From positions 24,349 through 88,348 of IMG/VR virus record IMGVR_UViG_3300009163_000025: a DNA stretch of 64,000 nucleotides; one strand, written 5' to 3'. The notes beneath the pieces are model-generated. The model saw only the letters and a list, made by a program, of their open reading frames with translations. It ran no database searches and was not told where the DNA came from. The translations under genes were made by a program, and so were the position numbers. The stretch's first letter is position 1. Every line of letters starts with the position of its first letter. This stretch comes from a virus. Of this stretch, positions 44,172 to 53,877 are shown piece by piece.

Positions 44172-46166
44172 TTATTTTACTTGATTCAATTCTGGATTAA
44201 TCGTAACTGGTTCTTGTTTACCAGAAAGTTTTTCGCCTTGCTTGATAGATTTCTTCTTATCATTTGCTGTGGCTTCTTTACTATCTTTCTTTTCTTCGTC
44301 AATCTCATTCATTGAAATGTTATTGATTGTTTTAATCTTAACATTAGATTTAATTCCTAAAGACTTGAATGCTTTGTCAAACTTTTTTGCTAGTTTGTCT
44401 CCACCAGTCTTGAACTCAGGAACTTTCTCTTCTGTTGGTTCACCGAGCCATTTAGCGACACCAGTTTTAGTTGTTTGACCTTTTGTGATTTTCTTTGTCG
44501 TGGCATTGATTGAAATATCGTTTGCTTCGTTTTTAGTAGCCATTGCTTTTCTAGCGGCTAATGCGGCAATCTTTGCACGTTTGGCAGCCGCTTCTTTATC
44601 GTGTGGCTTGTCGCTTGGCTTAACATTCTTGTCGTATGCATCACTTTCTTCCATGTCTTTAGGCTTCTTACCCGCCTTCTTCATAGCAATAGCGATAGCC
44701 GCTTGCTGTGCAGGTGAAGATGCTTCATCTACAGATTCAATGTACATGTTCAATTCATACTTATGATTGTCCATGTTGTAAACTTGTAAATGCAATTTCT
44801 TTTTAGACTCTTTGCCATCTTTCATTAGATTAACAGAGAATGAATTTGTCTTACCAGCAGACGGCTTCTTAGGACCAGTAGCAACTTTGTCGTGCCAATC
44901 GTCCATGTCTACTTCAAAGCCACGCTTCTCTGCTTGCTTAATAGCAGTCTGTACTGCACCAGAATAGTCTTTGTGATAAACTTCGTAGTCAGATTTTTCT
45001 TGCAAGTCAGTTTCTTCTTTACGCAACTTTGCTAAATCTGAACCATCAATCTTACCATTCTTGTTCTTGTCTAATTCTTTTTGTTTTGGTGACAATTCTT
45101 CAGTCTTCTTACGCAAGTGTGCTAGATCAAACCCATCAATCTTGCCGTTCTTGTTTTTATCAATTTCTTTTTGTTTTGGCGACAACTCTTCATTTGTTTT
45201 CTTACCATGCATGTCAACTAGTTGTTTAACATAGAAATTATAATGACTACGGCGGTCATTGTATTCTCTTTCTCCAAGCACAGTCTTTAGTGCTTGCACA
45301 GCGTCTTTTAATTCTGAACCTTGCATTATTTTTAATGCGTCAGTAATCAATGAATCAACTCTTTGTGAAGCCTCCGACATACCCTGCTTTGCATCATTGT
45401 CGAATTGTTTTCTAGTTGCTTTCATAATGCCAGAGAAACGCTTGTTACCTTTTTTAGTATCGCCTGCTTTGTCTGCTTTAGATGCGTCTTCGCCTGCTTT
45501 CTTTTTGTAGTCTCCAAGTTTTTCATTAGACAATTCAGCAATTTGAACGTCTTCTTTTTTATATAACTTAGTGTCTACTCTACGATTTTGATTTGCACCT
45601 TTTTTGGCTGGTGCTTTATCTTTAGGATGAATTTCGGGTTTGTTATCATCGTCATGTCCTGAATATCCAGCGGCCGCAGATTTCTCTGAACCATATGTGC
45701 CTTTGTGAACATAACGCCCACCTTTGTCTGACATATATTCTTTAATGCTTCTACCTTCATTTGCAGGCTTACGGCGTGCAACACGATTCTGTGCAAGTTT
45801 AGAAACAAATTTAACACCAGCATTTGCAAGTGCTTCTAATGACTTTGCGTCTAATCTATCAAGCATAGCAATCAACTTCTTGTATGTGTCACTTGATGGA
45901 TCAATTGTATTGATCTTAGAGTACTCTGCCTTCAAAGCGGCAATTTGAGATGCGCTAAACGATTCTGTCATATCTGCTTCCTCTTTAACTTTAACTGCGG
46001 ATTTTTTCTTTTGCAAAGCAATACGTTCTTTTTCTTGCTTCAACCTTAATTCTGCGGCTTGAAGATTTAACTTCGCACGTTTCTGTTGATCTTGCGTATC
46101 TTTAATAGAAGTGCCAGAACCAACTTCTGCTTCTGTTACACTTTTAAATTTATCTAATAATCTCAT
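44172..46166 (-). CDS. mosaic Lys/Glu-rich internal head polyprotein candidate
   Basis: Short modules separated by xxE sites; duplicated EF-hand-like module. Confidence 0.6.
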   Translation of the reverse strand: MRLLDKFKSVTEAEVGSGTSIKDTQDQQKRAKLNLQAAELRLKQEKERIALQKKKSAVKVKEEADMTESFSASQIAALKAEYSKINTIDPSSDTYKKLIAMLDRLDAKSLEALANAGVKFVSKLAQNRVARRKPANEGRSIKEYMSDKGGRYVHKGTYGSEKSAAAGYSGHDDDNKPEIHPKDKAPAKKGANQNRRVDTKLYKKEDVQIAELSNEKLGDYKKKAGEDASKADKAGDTKKGNKRFSGIMKATRKQFDNDAKQGMSEASQRVDSLITDALKIMQGSELKDAVQALKTVLGEREYNDRRSHYNFYVKQLVDMHGKKTNEELSPKQKEIDKNKNGKIDGFDLAHLRKKTEELSPKQKELDKNKNGKIDGSDLAKLRKEETDLQEKSDYEVYHKDYSGAVQTAIKQAEKRGFEVDMDDWHDKVATGPKKPSAGKTNSFSVNLMKDGKESKKKLHLQVYNMDNHKYELNMYIESVDEASSPAQQAAIAIAMKKAGKKPKDMEESDAYDKNVKPSDKPHDKEAAAKRAKIAALAARKAMATKNEANDISINATTKKITKGQTTKTGVAKWLGEPTEEKVPEFKTGGDKLAKKFDKAFKSLGIKSNVKIKTINNISMNEIDEEKKDSKEATANDKKKSIKQGEKLSGKQEPVTINPELNQVK
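45015..45192 (-). repeat. tandem duplication encoding ELSPKQKE(I/L)DKNKNGKIDG.DLA.LRK
   Basis: Two near-identical units of about 87 bp. Confidence 0.85.
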
Positions 46167-46191
46167 TCTTGTCTCCAATTTACTTATATTA

Positions 46192-46788
46192 TTATACGGC
46201 TAATGATGATGTTTCGTAAGAACCACTAATATCAAAGTGGCTAACGTTTGATGTTGCATTAACTGGCGTAGTTGATTTCCATGCTAAGTCTGTTGTACTG
46301 CCAGAATAATAAAGCAACATCGTTGTATTTGATACATCATCAATGTCAGTAATTCCAGCAATGTGATATAACGCATTGTTTGCTGGATTAGCAGGTTTAC
46401 TGTGCAATGTGCCACCACGAATTGTTACTGTTGATGCAACAGGAAAAGGTAATGTTACTTGATATTGACTAGCATTTCCAAAATCTGATGTATTTGCAAA
46501 ATTAACATTGACTCTAAAATGAACAATTGCACCCTGTTTAACATAAGCGCCAGTTGTTGCGGTACCAGATAACGTATTACCAGATACAGTTTTAAATTGA
46601 GGAGAATATGATGTGCTAACAGAAGAAACGCCAAATGGTATGCCACCAGGAGTTACACCATTGGATAGCCTCATTGCTGATGTGCCGTCTACATCATAGA
46701 ATACTTCACCAGTTGTACCGATATAAGTATTCGCCTGTGTGCCGCCCATTTTGTCGGCAAATATTTTGAATGTTGTATTAGTTGACAT
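46192..46788 (-). CDS. tail-fibre-like structural protein
   Basis: GEVFYD...LSNGVTPGG motif; beta-rich C-terminus. Confidence 0.6.
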   Translation of the reverse strand: MSTNTTFKIFADKMGGTQANTYIGTTGEVFYDVDGTSAMRLSNGVTPGGIPFGVSSVSTSYSPQFKTVSGNTLSGTATTGAYVKQGAIVHFRVNVNFANTSDFGNASQYQVTLPFPVASTVTIRGGTLHSKPANPANNALYHIAGITDIDDVSNTTMLLYYSGSTTDLAWKSTTPVNATSNVSHFDISGSYETSSLAV

Positions 46789-46801
46789 TTATATTTCCGA
46801 C

Positions 46802-49498
46802 TTAATCTAAATCGCTTACGCTTTTGTCTGAACGCCACATTTGGCAAGACCAGTAGTTTGCTTTCCATTTTGGTCCAGGATTATCGCAACCGTGTCTAGC
46901 ACGATAACTCTTTAATCTCTCAGGATCATCACGTTTGATTTCCATATTGGGATCACCAAAACGAACAACAACAACTTTACCATTTGGTCCCATAGTGTAG
47001 ACACCAAACTTCTTTGGACCATCAGGTGTTCTAAATGGATAATTCATCTTAACGGACTTACCTTGATATTCTGCTTCGTTGACAACTTGTTCCCAATCAA
47101 CTTCTTCTGCTACTTCTTCGCTAACAGGAACACAATTTGGAACACTCTTACCATTTTTCATTTTTGTTCCAACTTGCTTGTATCCATCCCAACATGTACT
47201 GCCGTCCGAACCTTCTTCTATGCAATCATCACAACATGCATCTTCTTTTTGATGATCTGCAAGTTGAACGTCTGTTGGTTGACCAGGAGTGTCTGCGGCA
47301 TACTTTTGACGCAATGCATCTGTACCCCACTCTAATGCTTCAGCAAATTTAGAAAACTGTTCATTTGATCTCACTTTAGATGCTAAGTCGCTATCTGCTT
47401 TGCCCCAAGTGCCAGAACCTTTTGTGATAAATGAATTGACTCTAGCGAATGCCCATTGTTGTGGTGTTGTTCCAGGACGATGCCCACCTTGCCATGCGGC
47501 CATACCACGATCATAAACCTTTTTCAATATACCATAAGAAATGCCAGACTTTTCCGATTTCTTTTTAAGCCCTTCAATCTCTTCTAAGAGTGGCTTGAAT
47601 TCTTCGTAGTATTGACCAAAATCTTCTGCTTCTATGCCATCAAGATAGTCATCAAGTTCACCGCTATACTCACCATCATCGTCTTCTTCTTCGCCATCAT
47701 CAGAATATTCGTCTTCAAATTCTAGATAGTCATAGACAGTTGAAATGTAATCAGATGCTTTTGTAATTTTAGAGAGAACCCATTGTTCTGGTTCTTCGTC
47801 CATCATATCTAATTTTTCAATTAAATCTTCTGCGTCATCTACAATGTTTGCGAGTTCAATTTGTGCCATTCTGATACCATCTGACTCAGTATCGTCATAG
47901 TCTTCTTCATAGTCATCATAGTCTTCGCCAATCAATTTCATACCAGTTACATCTTGAATTAACTTCCAAGCGGCAGTTTGATTTTTATCGGCAATCAGTT
48001 TTTTAAGTTTTTCTTTTTGATCTTTTGTTGCAACTTCAAAGAACTTCATCATTTCCATCATACCAATGTTGCCTTTGTATGCGGCTTCATAGACAGATTC
48101 TCTTTGCAATTGTGTCTTTGTCATTCTAAACAATGCGTCACTTGATGTTACCATATCAAGTAATGTTGTCAGCAAATCATTTGTTGCATTACGCTCCGTT
48201 GGACTTAGTGTGTCACCAGACTTTAATTTTTCAACTGAACGTTTGATAACTGTTAGTAATGCTTTGTCTGCTAGACCCATGCGAACCAATTGGTCTAGCC
48301 TAGACATTTCTTTTTTATCAACTGCTTCACCATACATCTGTTTGAATTTGAGTGTGTGCTTAGATTGTTGCATACCCTTTTCACGGGCTTCTTTATCACC
48401 AGGCGCATCTTTGTATGCACTCTTATCGGAATCCGATTTAGGTCCATTTACTGCAAAGTGTGATGCTCTAGCATCTTTCGTATTTTTATCTAAGCCTTTG
48501 TAATATTTACTTGGCTGTGTTCCTTCTTTATCTTTAACATCTTTGTCTTGCGGTAGAGTTGGCTTCTCAACAATGAAGTTTGAAAAAACAACATTAACGT
48601 CTTCTTTACGCATTGATGCTTGTTGTCTACGTTGAATTTCCAACTGCCTGACTTGAGGTATTAGTCTTGTTGCAATCTTTTTAATAACTGGCGTGATCTT
48701 TTGCAATCGTGTATCGATAGTAATCTTTTCGCCAGCACTTAAATCTGCATAATGTTTACCGCCAGCAAGTCTATCACGGAACATCTGATAAGCACGATTG
48801 ATTGCTCTTCGTTGCAATGTTTTAGCATTACCACTACGCTTTAATGACATAGCCCTTGCTCTTGCAAGTCTTTTTGACATACGCCTTGCTCTATTCGCTC
48901 TACCCATTCTAGCAGAGTAACTCAGTACTGCTTCGTTTTGTTCTAATTCTTCTTTCAAATTCATCCCCTTTTTAACTGCGTCAAATAATGCTTTGGCATC
49001 TTTGTCCGACAATTTTGATGGTACACCTTGTTTAAAACTATTGAAGTCATTGGATGCAACAAAGCCACGCATCTTAGAACCTGACATACCAGTTACGCCT
49101 TCTGCATCAGGATCACGTTCGCCGGCTGAAATAACTTCAATAGTTTTAAAGGTAAAATCTTTACCATTGTACTTATTTAATAATGTTTTGAATTCTGGAA
49201 TTCGATCACTACCTACGACAACAACTAGCGTATCATATTTACCAGACAACTCTTTAGCAACTTCAATGATTGTTCTTGCGGCTGAATTCTGAACCATAGG
49301 TCCGAATGCTTTCTTTGCGAACTTAACTTTTGTTGCAAAGTCTAGGGGATCTTTTTTGGGATTTGTACTGTGGGAAAGATACAGTTTAGCATCGGCATTG
49401 CGCTTGAATGCTTCGTTCTTGATTTTATCGGCTAGTTTTTCATGACCGTTTGTCATTGGGTTCATGCGCCCGAATGACGTAACTACTGTTTCTTTCAT
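46802..49498 (-). CDS. HxGH-type nucleotidyltransferase fused to multiple modules
   Basis: FGRMNPMTNGHEKL, VVGSDR and MSGSKMR, followed by about 700 aa of discrete modules. Confidence 0.8.
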   Translation of the reverse strand: MKETVVTSFGRMNPMTNGHEKLADKIKNEAFKRNADAKLYLSHSTNPKKDPLDFATKVKFAKKAFGPMVQNSAARTIIEVAKELSGKYDTLVVVVGSDRIPEFKTLLNKYNGKDFTFKTIEVISAGERDPDAEGVTGMSGSKMRGFVASNDFNSFKQGVPSKLSDKDAKALFDAVKKGMNLKEELEQNEAVLSYSARMGRANRARRMSKRLARARAMSLKRSGNAKTLQRRAINRAYQMFRDRLAGGKHYADLSAGEKITIDTRLQKITPVIKKIATRLIPQVRQLEIQRRQQASMRKEDVNVVFSNFIVEKPTLPQDKDVKDKEGTQPSKYYKGLDKNTKDARASHFAVNGPKSDSDKSAYKDAPGDKEAREKGMQQSKHTLKFKQMYGEAVDKKEMSRLDQLVRMGLADKALLTVIKRSVEKLKSGDTLSPTERNATNDLLTTLLDMVTSSDALFRMTKTQLQRESVYEAAYKGNIGMMEMMKFFEVATKDQKEKLKKLIADKNQTAAWKLIQDVTGMKLIGEDYDDYEEDYDDTESDGIRMAQIELANIVDDAEDLIEKLDMMDEEPEQWVLSKITKASDYISTVYDYLEFEDEYSDDGEEEDDDGEYSGELDDYLDGIEAEDFGQYYEEFKPLLEEIEGLKKKSEKSGISYGILKKVYDRGMAAWQGGHRPGTTPQQWAFARVNSFITKGSGTWGKADSDLASKVRSNEQFSKFAEALEWGTDALRQKYAADTPGQPTDVQLADHQKEDACCDDCIEEGSDGSTCWDGYKQVGTKMKNGKSVPNCVPVSEEVAEEVDWEQVVNEAEYQGKSVKMNYPFRTPDGPKKFGVYTMGPNGKVVVVRFGDPNMEIKRDDPERLKSYRARHGCDNPGPKWKANYWSCQMWRSDKSVSDLD

Positions 49499-49566
49499 GG
49501 AGTTTTCCTTAGACTTATCCCAAACAGGTTTGCCTTAGCCTTACTGTTCAATATCATTTATTTATA
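49499..49566 (-). promoter_or_regulatory. late promoter plus tandem stem-loop leader
   Basis: TATAAATA at 49559-49566; two TAAG(G/T)CTAAGG(C/A)AAAC units. Confidence 0.6.
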
Positions 49567-49650
49567 ATTACCTTTATTTACAGCATATCTGCCTAGTATT
49601 TACGTGTCCCGAGTTATACATAAAGGTGTCCGGTTTCAATTTAAACCTTA

Positions 49651-50877
49651 TTACCTCTGCCAACCTTTAATAACATCAGGCGAGAAATTAGCGTAACTGA
49701 ACTGCATTCTGTCAACCAGTTTGACTGCATTGCCTTTAATCTTATCGATTGCTACGTATCCCTCAACACCAGTCACTTCGTAGCCTTTCTTTGTCAACAA
49801 GAAAGTATTCAACGTCTTAACTTCATCCATCTTCTTAATTAGAATCAACTTCGCTTCTGCTAAGAGATTCATCATTGTGAAAATGTCTTCTAAGTGTGTT
49901 TTGTTTTTGGCAGAGAAAAACTTCAAAACGTTTTGTTTCTTTAGCATTTGAGTAGCACGACCTTTTTCGCCTTTGCCTTCTGCTTGCTTTTCATAATATG
50001 AATCAACGTAGTCAATCAATTCTGCTACGTGCGTTTTTACGTTTGTGATTTTTAACTGTTGACGCACTTTAGAGTTGTTGAATGTTTTGATTCTTTCAAT
50101 CAAATCTGCATCTGAGTTGATGTAGTTTAGAGTTTTAGCATCCAACTTTTGAAATATTTTACCTGCTTGGGATAGAATTGCTGTTACTTGATTAGTTTCT
50201 TCCTGTGTCATTGTTGCTTTACCCGACACATCATGATAATCTACGCCTGTCATCCAAACGTTAGGATTTTGTGTGAGTGAGCCGATAACATCCTTACCAA
50301 AGACTGCTTTCATTGTTTCAAATGAATTGCCTTCGTAAATTGTGTGCCATACGACACCAATTTTTGCTCTTTTTATGTTCTTAGCGAGTTCACTTTCTGC
50401 TGGAACTGCGTATACAATTGTATTCGGATGAAATGTTACATACGATTCGCCATCAATTGTTTCTGTTTTTAAATCGTTTGCAGTAAACAATAAGTCGCCT
50501 TGAATGACGCCTTTGATTCCTATCTTAGGCAACCACATTAAACATGCTTTGAGTTTTTCTGCTAGATCGCCTGAAGTGTCTGCTTCAATATCAGCAAATG
50601 TTTTATAGACTTTTGGATTTTTATTGAAGACACCCTTCTTCGCAACAAAGAATTTGCCGTCTGTTGGGTCTTGTCCTGCGAATACTGCTGGCGCACCATC
50701 CCATTTGACTGTAACGTCAACTTTCTTTTCGGAATGACCGGCAAGCATGTCACGTACTGCTCTGAGTGCGTTTATGCTGTCTCTTGTGCCTTGAACACCA
50801 CCATTTAGAACATCGTCTTCCGCATGTTCCATGTGTGTGTTTTTTTGTTCTATAAGATAATCAGTAAATTTTTTCAT
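49651..50877 (-). CDS. conserved T4-like protein with ligase-type nucleotidyltransferase motifs
   Basis: TVKWDG, QGDLLF, EGYV and VKLVDR motifs. Confidence 0.65.
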   Translation of the reverse strand: MKKFTDYLIEQKNTHMEHAEDDVLNGGVQGTRDSINALRAVRDMLAGHSEKKVDVTVKWDGAPAVFAGQDPTDGKFFVAKKGVFNKNPKVYKTFADIEADTSGDLAEKLKACLMWLPKIGIKGVIQGDLLFTANDLKTETIDGESYVTFHPNTIVYAVPAESELAKNIKRAKIGVVWHTIYEGNSFETMKAVFGKDVIGSLTQNPNVWMTGVDYHDVSGKATMTQEETNQVTAILSQAGKIFQKLDAKTLNYINSDADLIERIKTFNNSKVRQQLKITNVKTHVAELIDYVDSYYEKQAEGKGEKGRATQMLKKQNVLKFFSAKNKTHLEDIFTMMNLLAEAKLILIKKMDEVKTLNTFLLTKKGYEVTGVEGYVAIDKIKGNAVKLVDRMQFSYANFSPDVIKGWQR

Positions 50878-50880
50878 TAG

Positions 50881-50908
50881 AGTCCACCGTTGCGATGGAC
50901 TATTTATA
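50881..50908 (-). promoter_or_regulatory. late promoter plus RBS-sequestering hairpin
   Basis: TATAAATA overlapping an AGTCCA...TGGACT stem, 3 nt before the ATG. Confidence 0.65.
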
Positions 50909-50909
50909 A

Positions 50910-51257
50910 TTATCTACGCATTAACGCTTGGTCTTTTGCATCATCATCGGAGAAGATGGGTACTGCATTAGATTTATGTAACGTGCCAATCCCAATCATC
51001 TTGTCGCCAGTGTAAACTTTGCCATAAACAGGCTTAGTGCAATTGTCACCGAATGTTGCTAAACTAGGATGACGTACAGTTTCACGTACATATGGTTTTG
51101 GAGGTTTGTATGCTTCTACCTCTTTAGGTTTTTTAAACCCTTTAGAGAATGAAGTTGTCGGCAAGGAATCTTTCCACTTCTGATATTCCGCCATCTTCTT
51201 TGCGGGAACTTTTTTCTTTTTTGATTTTTGATATGTGTATATTAGCATCGTTTTCAA
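50910..51257 (-). CDS. conserved T4-like hypothetical protein
   Basis: YTG..MIGIGTLHKSNAVP motif. Confidence 0.7.
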   Translation of the reverse strand: MKTMLIYTYQKSKKKKVPAKKMAEYQKWKDSLPTTSFSKGFKKPKEVEAYKPPKPYVRETVRHPSLATFGDNCTKPVYGKVYTGDKMIGIGTLHKSNAVPIFSDDDAKDQALMRR

Positions 51258-51894
51258 TCAATGTGTTTACAAAATCTAACAATAATTTATGGTTTCTTTC
51301 TTCATGCCAATGTTTTGATAAGTATGCTCTAGGGTTTTCATACCAATACTTTTGACTCTCTGGATGACAACCTATTATACCTACTCTGTTTTGAATGATT
51401 GCCATAGCATCACCATTTGCATAAGTAGATACTATTTTAGCACGTTCTAGATCACCTGTCAATGCACATCCATCATAGAAGAAAATCGTTTCAGGTTTGC
51501 CGTTCCATGTTACATTTGCTACGGTAGAATATGATCTGCGAATGTCTGCTGTTTTTTGTTTAATATATTGAACAGGTTCAATGCCGTCTAATATATCAAA
51601 ATACTCACTTCCAGCCCAATACGCACCCATGCATATTCCTAGATAATATCCTTTAGACTCTACAAAATCTGCTATCATGTTAGCACGTTTGCGTCTAAAG
51701 AATTTATCATAAGAACTTACATCACCGATACCTCCAGGAAATGCAACAATATCTGTAGTGTTTAAAACTGTGGATAAATCATCATCGATATTGAATAAAT
51801 TAATATTGTAATTTGGCAACAAAGCCTTAATCATACCCTCACAACAATCCTGAGAACATTCTGGATGATTGATGAAAATTGATATAGTTTTCAT
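51142..51894 (-). CDS. class I glutamine-amidotransferase-like (BPL_N-type) protein
   Basis: FPGG, YLGICMGAY and HPE motifs. Confidence 0.8.
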   Translation of the reverse strand: MKTISIFINHPECSQDCCEGMIKALLPNYNINLFNIDDDLSTVLNTTDIVAFPGGIGDVSSYDKFFRRKRANMIADFVESKGYYLGICMGAYWAGSEYFDILDGIEPVQYIKQKTADIRRSYSTVANVTWNGKPETIFFYDGCALTGDLERAKIVSTYANGDAMAIIQNRVGIIGCHPESQKYWYENPRAYLSKHWHEERNHKLLLDFVNTLIENDANIHISKIKKEKSSRKEDGGISEVERFLADNFIL

Positions 51895-52094
51895 TAAGCC
51901 ATTTTATCTACATTCTGTCCATTACGATTCATCATACGATTATTTTCAATTCGTGCTTGTTCTGCCACTTCACGTATTTGTTTATTTCTACGTTCTTCTA
52001 GTCTTAATTCGTCAAGTCTGCGTTCTGCATTTTTAATTTGCATGTTACGATATATCTCAGCATTGTATTCTGCAATTCGATTAATAGTTGTCAT
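51894..52094 (-). CDS. hypothetical protein
   Basis: ORF ending GQNVDKMA. Confidence 0.6.
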   Translation of the reverse strand: MTTINRIAEYNAEIYRNMQIKNAERRLDELRLEERRNKQIREVAEQARIENNRMMNRNGQNVDKMA

Positions 52095-52384
52095 TTGAAT
52101 ACCAGTAGTGCTAATACAATTGATTGTAAGAAAAATCCTAAACCATTACTTACCATATACAGCCGATCTTTAACGATAGCAGAACGAATAAAGAATAAGA
52201 GTAATCCAGACCAGATAAAAAGTACCATGCTTAATGGAGGCAATGCAACCGCATCACCCATAATAGCACCATACGTGATTGGCAAAGTAGAACCGTGAAT
52301 TAACACAAGTCCTAGCCAACCACATATCTCACCAAAGTTTAAAACGATTTTTTGCCAAATTTCTGAGAATTTAATATTGTACAT
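52091..52384 (-). CDS. 3-TM PQ-loop/SemiSWEET-like membrane protein
   Basis: GWLG....LP, three TMs and an xN motif; start uncertain. Confidence 0.5.
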   Translation of the reverse strand: MYNIKFSEIWQKIVLNFGEICGWLGLVLIHGSTLPITYGAIMGDAVALPPLSMVLFIWSGLLLFFIRSAIVKDRLYMVSNGLGFFLQSIVLALLVFK

Positions 52385-52408
52385 TATTGAAGCCCTTTTC
52401 ATTATTAC

Positions 52409-52469
52409 ATCATAACTCATCTTGGGTGGTAAGTCAAGTTCTTTCTCAGAAGTGTTGTTTTTATGCAAC
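52409..52469 (-). promoter_or_regulatory. early promoter plus GTTG-N8-CAAC box
   Basis: TTGACT-N17-TATGAT; box at 52454-52469. Confidence 0.7.
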
Positions 52470-52470
52470 A

Positions 52471-53877
52471 TCATACTTTAAACCCCTGAAAGTTTCTCGA
52501 CCTCTCACGTTTACCAAAATCAGTCTTATCAAACGCTGGACCAGTATCAACTTGTCCACTATCTGAGATATCAGATTGTGCGCTTTGCTCAACATCATAA
52601 AGTTTCATTTTTGCTCTATCAACACCGATAACAAATCTTTTATTAGTGGTTGGATCATTGTATCGATTCTTTAATTGCTTGACCATGATTTGATTCATTG
52701 CTTCAAGTTCTTCAGTACTAATCAAAGCAAACATCAAGTCAGCAGTAGCAGGCAGACCAAATGATTCTGAAGTATCTTCAAGTCCAACGTCTGAGTTTGT
52801 GAAACCACTTCTCGTTGTTTGTGTAGCAGAAACAACTGGCACTTTATGTTCAACTGCAAGCCCACGCAATTCTTCTGCAATTGCTTTAATGTATGTGTAA
52901 GAGTTTACACTATTACCTTGCTTGACACGGGAAGATGAACAGATATTCAAGTAATCGATGTAGATGATATCGGGAATGAATTGTCGTTTCAATTTCAACT
53001 CATTCAACAAGTGCTTGAAGTGCGTTACGTTTGCACTAGCAGTTGGATATTCTTTAATGATCAACTTACCATCTGTCTTCTCACGAATACGATCAACTTT
53101 ACTAATGTAAGTTTCTTTTGCAACACCAATCAGTCTGTCAACTTCAACGTTCATTAAGTTAGCATCGATACGTTCTGCAATACGTTCTTCAGCCATTTCA
53201 AGTGTAATGTACAAAACGTTTTTGCCGATTGTAAGATTGGCTGCCGCACAATGACACATGAACAATGACTTACCAACACCAGTGCCAGCAAGAACAATGT
53301 TTAAAGATTTTTGTGGGAGTCCACCTTTAGTGATTCGATTTAAGTAATCTAAGTCAAAGGGAATACGTTGTTCGACTCTATGGTAAAAGTCATAGCGGTC
53401 TTCAGCATCATCAATAAAATCATGCCCAACATGATTATCAAATGATACCGATAAAGCATCGGCGAGGATTGACGGGATCGCACCTTTGTCGAGTTTCTCT
53501 TTTGTATCAATCTTGTTATCCAAGATTTGAATCGATTGCATAATGCCATTGTAGATTGCTTTCTCTTGACAAAAACCTTCTGTTGCATCTACTAACCAAT
53601 TTGTATCACCGATATCTTCGTGAACACAAACTTCATCAACTAACGAAATTGTTTTCTTATGTTGTTCGTCTGTTAGATTAACTTTCTTGTCAATCTCAAT
53701 TACTAATGCTTCTTTTGTTGGCATCGTATTGTACTTAAGAACATAACCATTGATTTGTTCGTACAACATTTTTTCTGAAGATTCGGAAAAATATTCTGCT
53801 TTGATAAAAGGCAGAACCTTGCGTGTATACTTATCGTCCAATATCAGATGCTTTAGAATCTTCTTCTCTAAGTTCAT
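52471..53877 (-). CDS. replicative helicase (T4 gp41-like)
   Basis: AGTGVGKS, LEMAEE, IDYLNI and KNRY motifs. Confidence 0.95.
   Translation of the reverse strand: MNLEKKILKHLILDDKYTRKVLPFIKAEYFSESSEKMLYEQINGYVLKYNTMPTKEALVIEIDKKVNLTDEQHKKTISLVDEVCVHEDIGDTNWLVDATEGFCQEKAIYNGIMQSIQILDNKIDTKEKLDKGAIPSILADALSVSFDNHVGHDFIDDAEDRYDFYHRVEQRIPFDLDYLNRITKGGLPQKSLNIVLAGTGVGKSLFMCHCAAANLTIGKNVLYITLEMAEERIAERIDANLMNVEVDRLIGVAKETYISKVDRIREKTDGKLIIKEYPTASANVTHFKHLLNELKLKRQFIPDIIYIDYLNICSSSRVKQGNSVNSYTYIKAIAEELRGLAVEHKVPVVSATQTTRSGFTNSDVGLEDTSESFGLPATADLMFALISTEELEAMNQIMVKQLKNRYNDPTTNKRFVIGVDRAKMKLYDVEQSAQSDISDSGQVDTGPAFDKTDFGKRERSRNFQGFKV

Noticed and set aside
42263-49292. Numerous plus-strand ORFs of 60-110 aa
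   Set aside because: Antisense shadows of well-supported minus-strand genes, with no RBS or family motifs.
1109-52469. GTTG-N8-CAAC as a LexA/SOS box
   Set aside because: Does not match the CTGT-N8-ACAG box of beta- and gammaproteobacteria; kept as an unknown operator.
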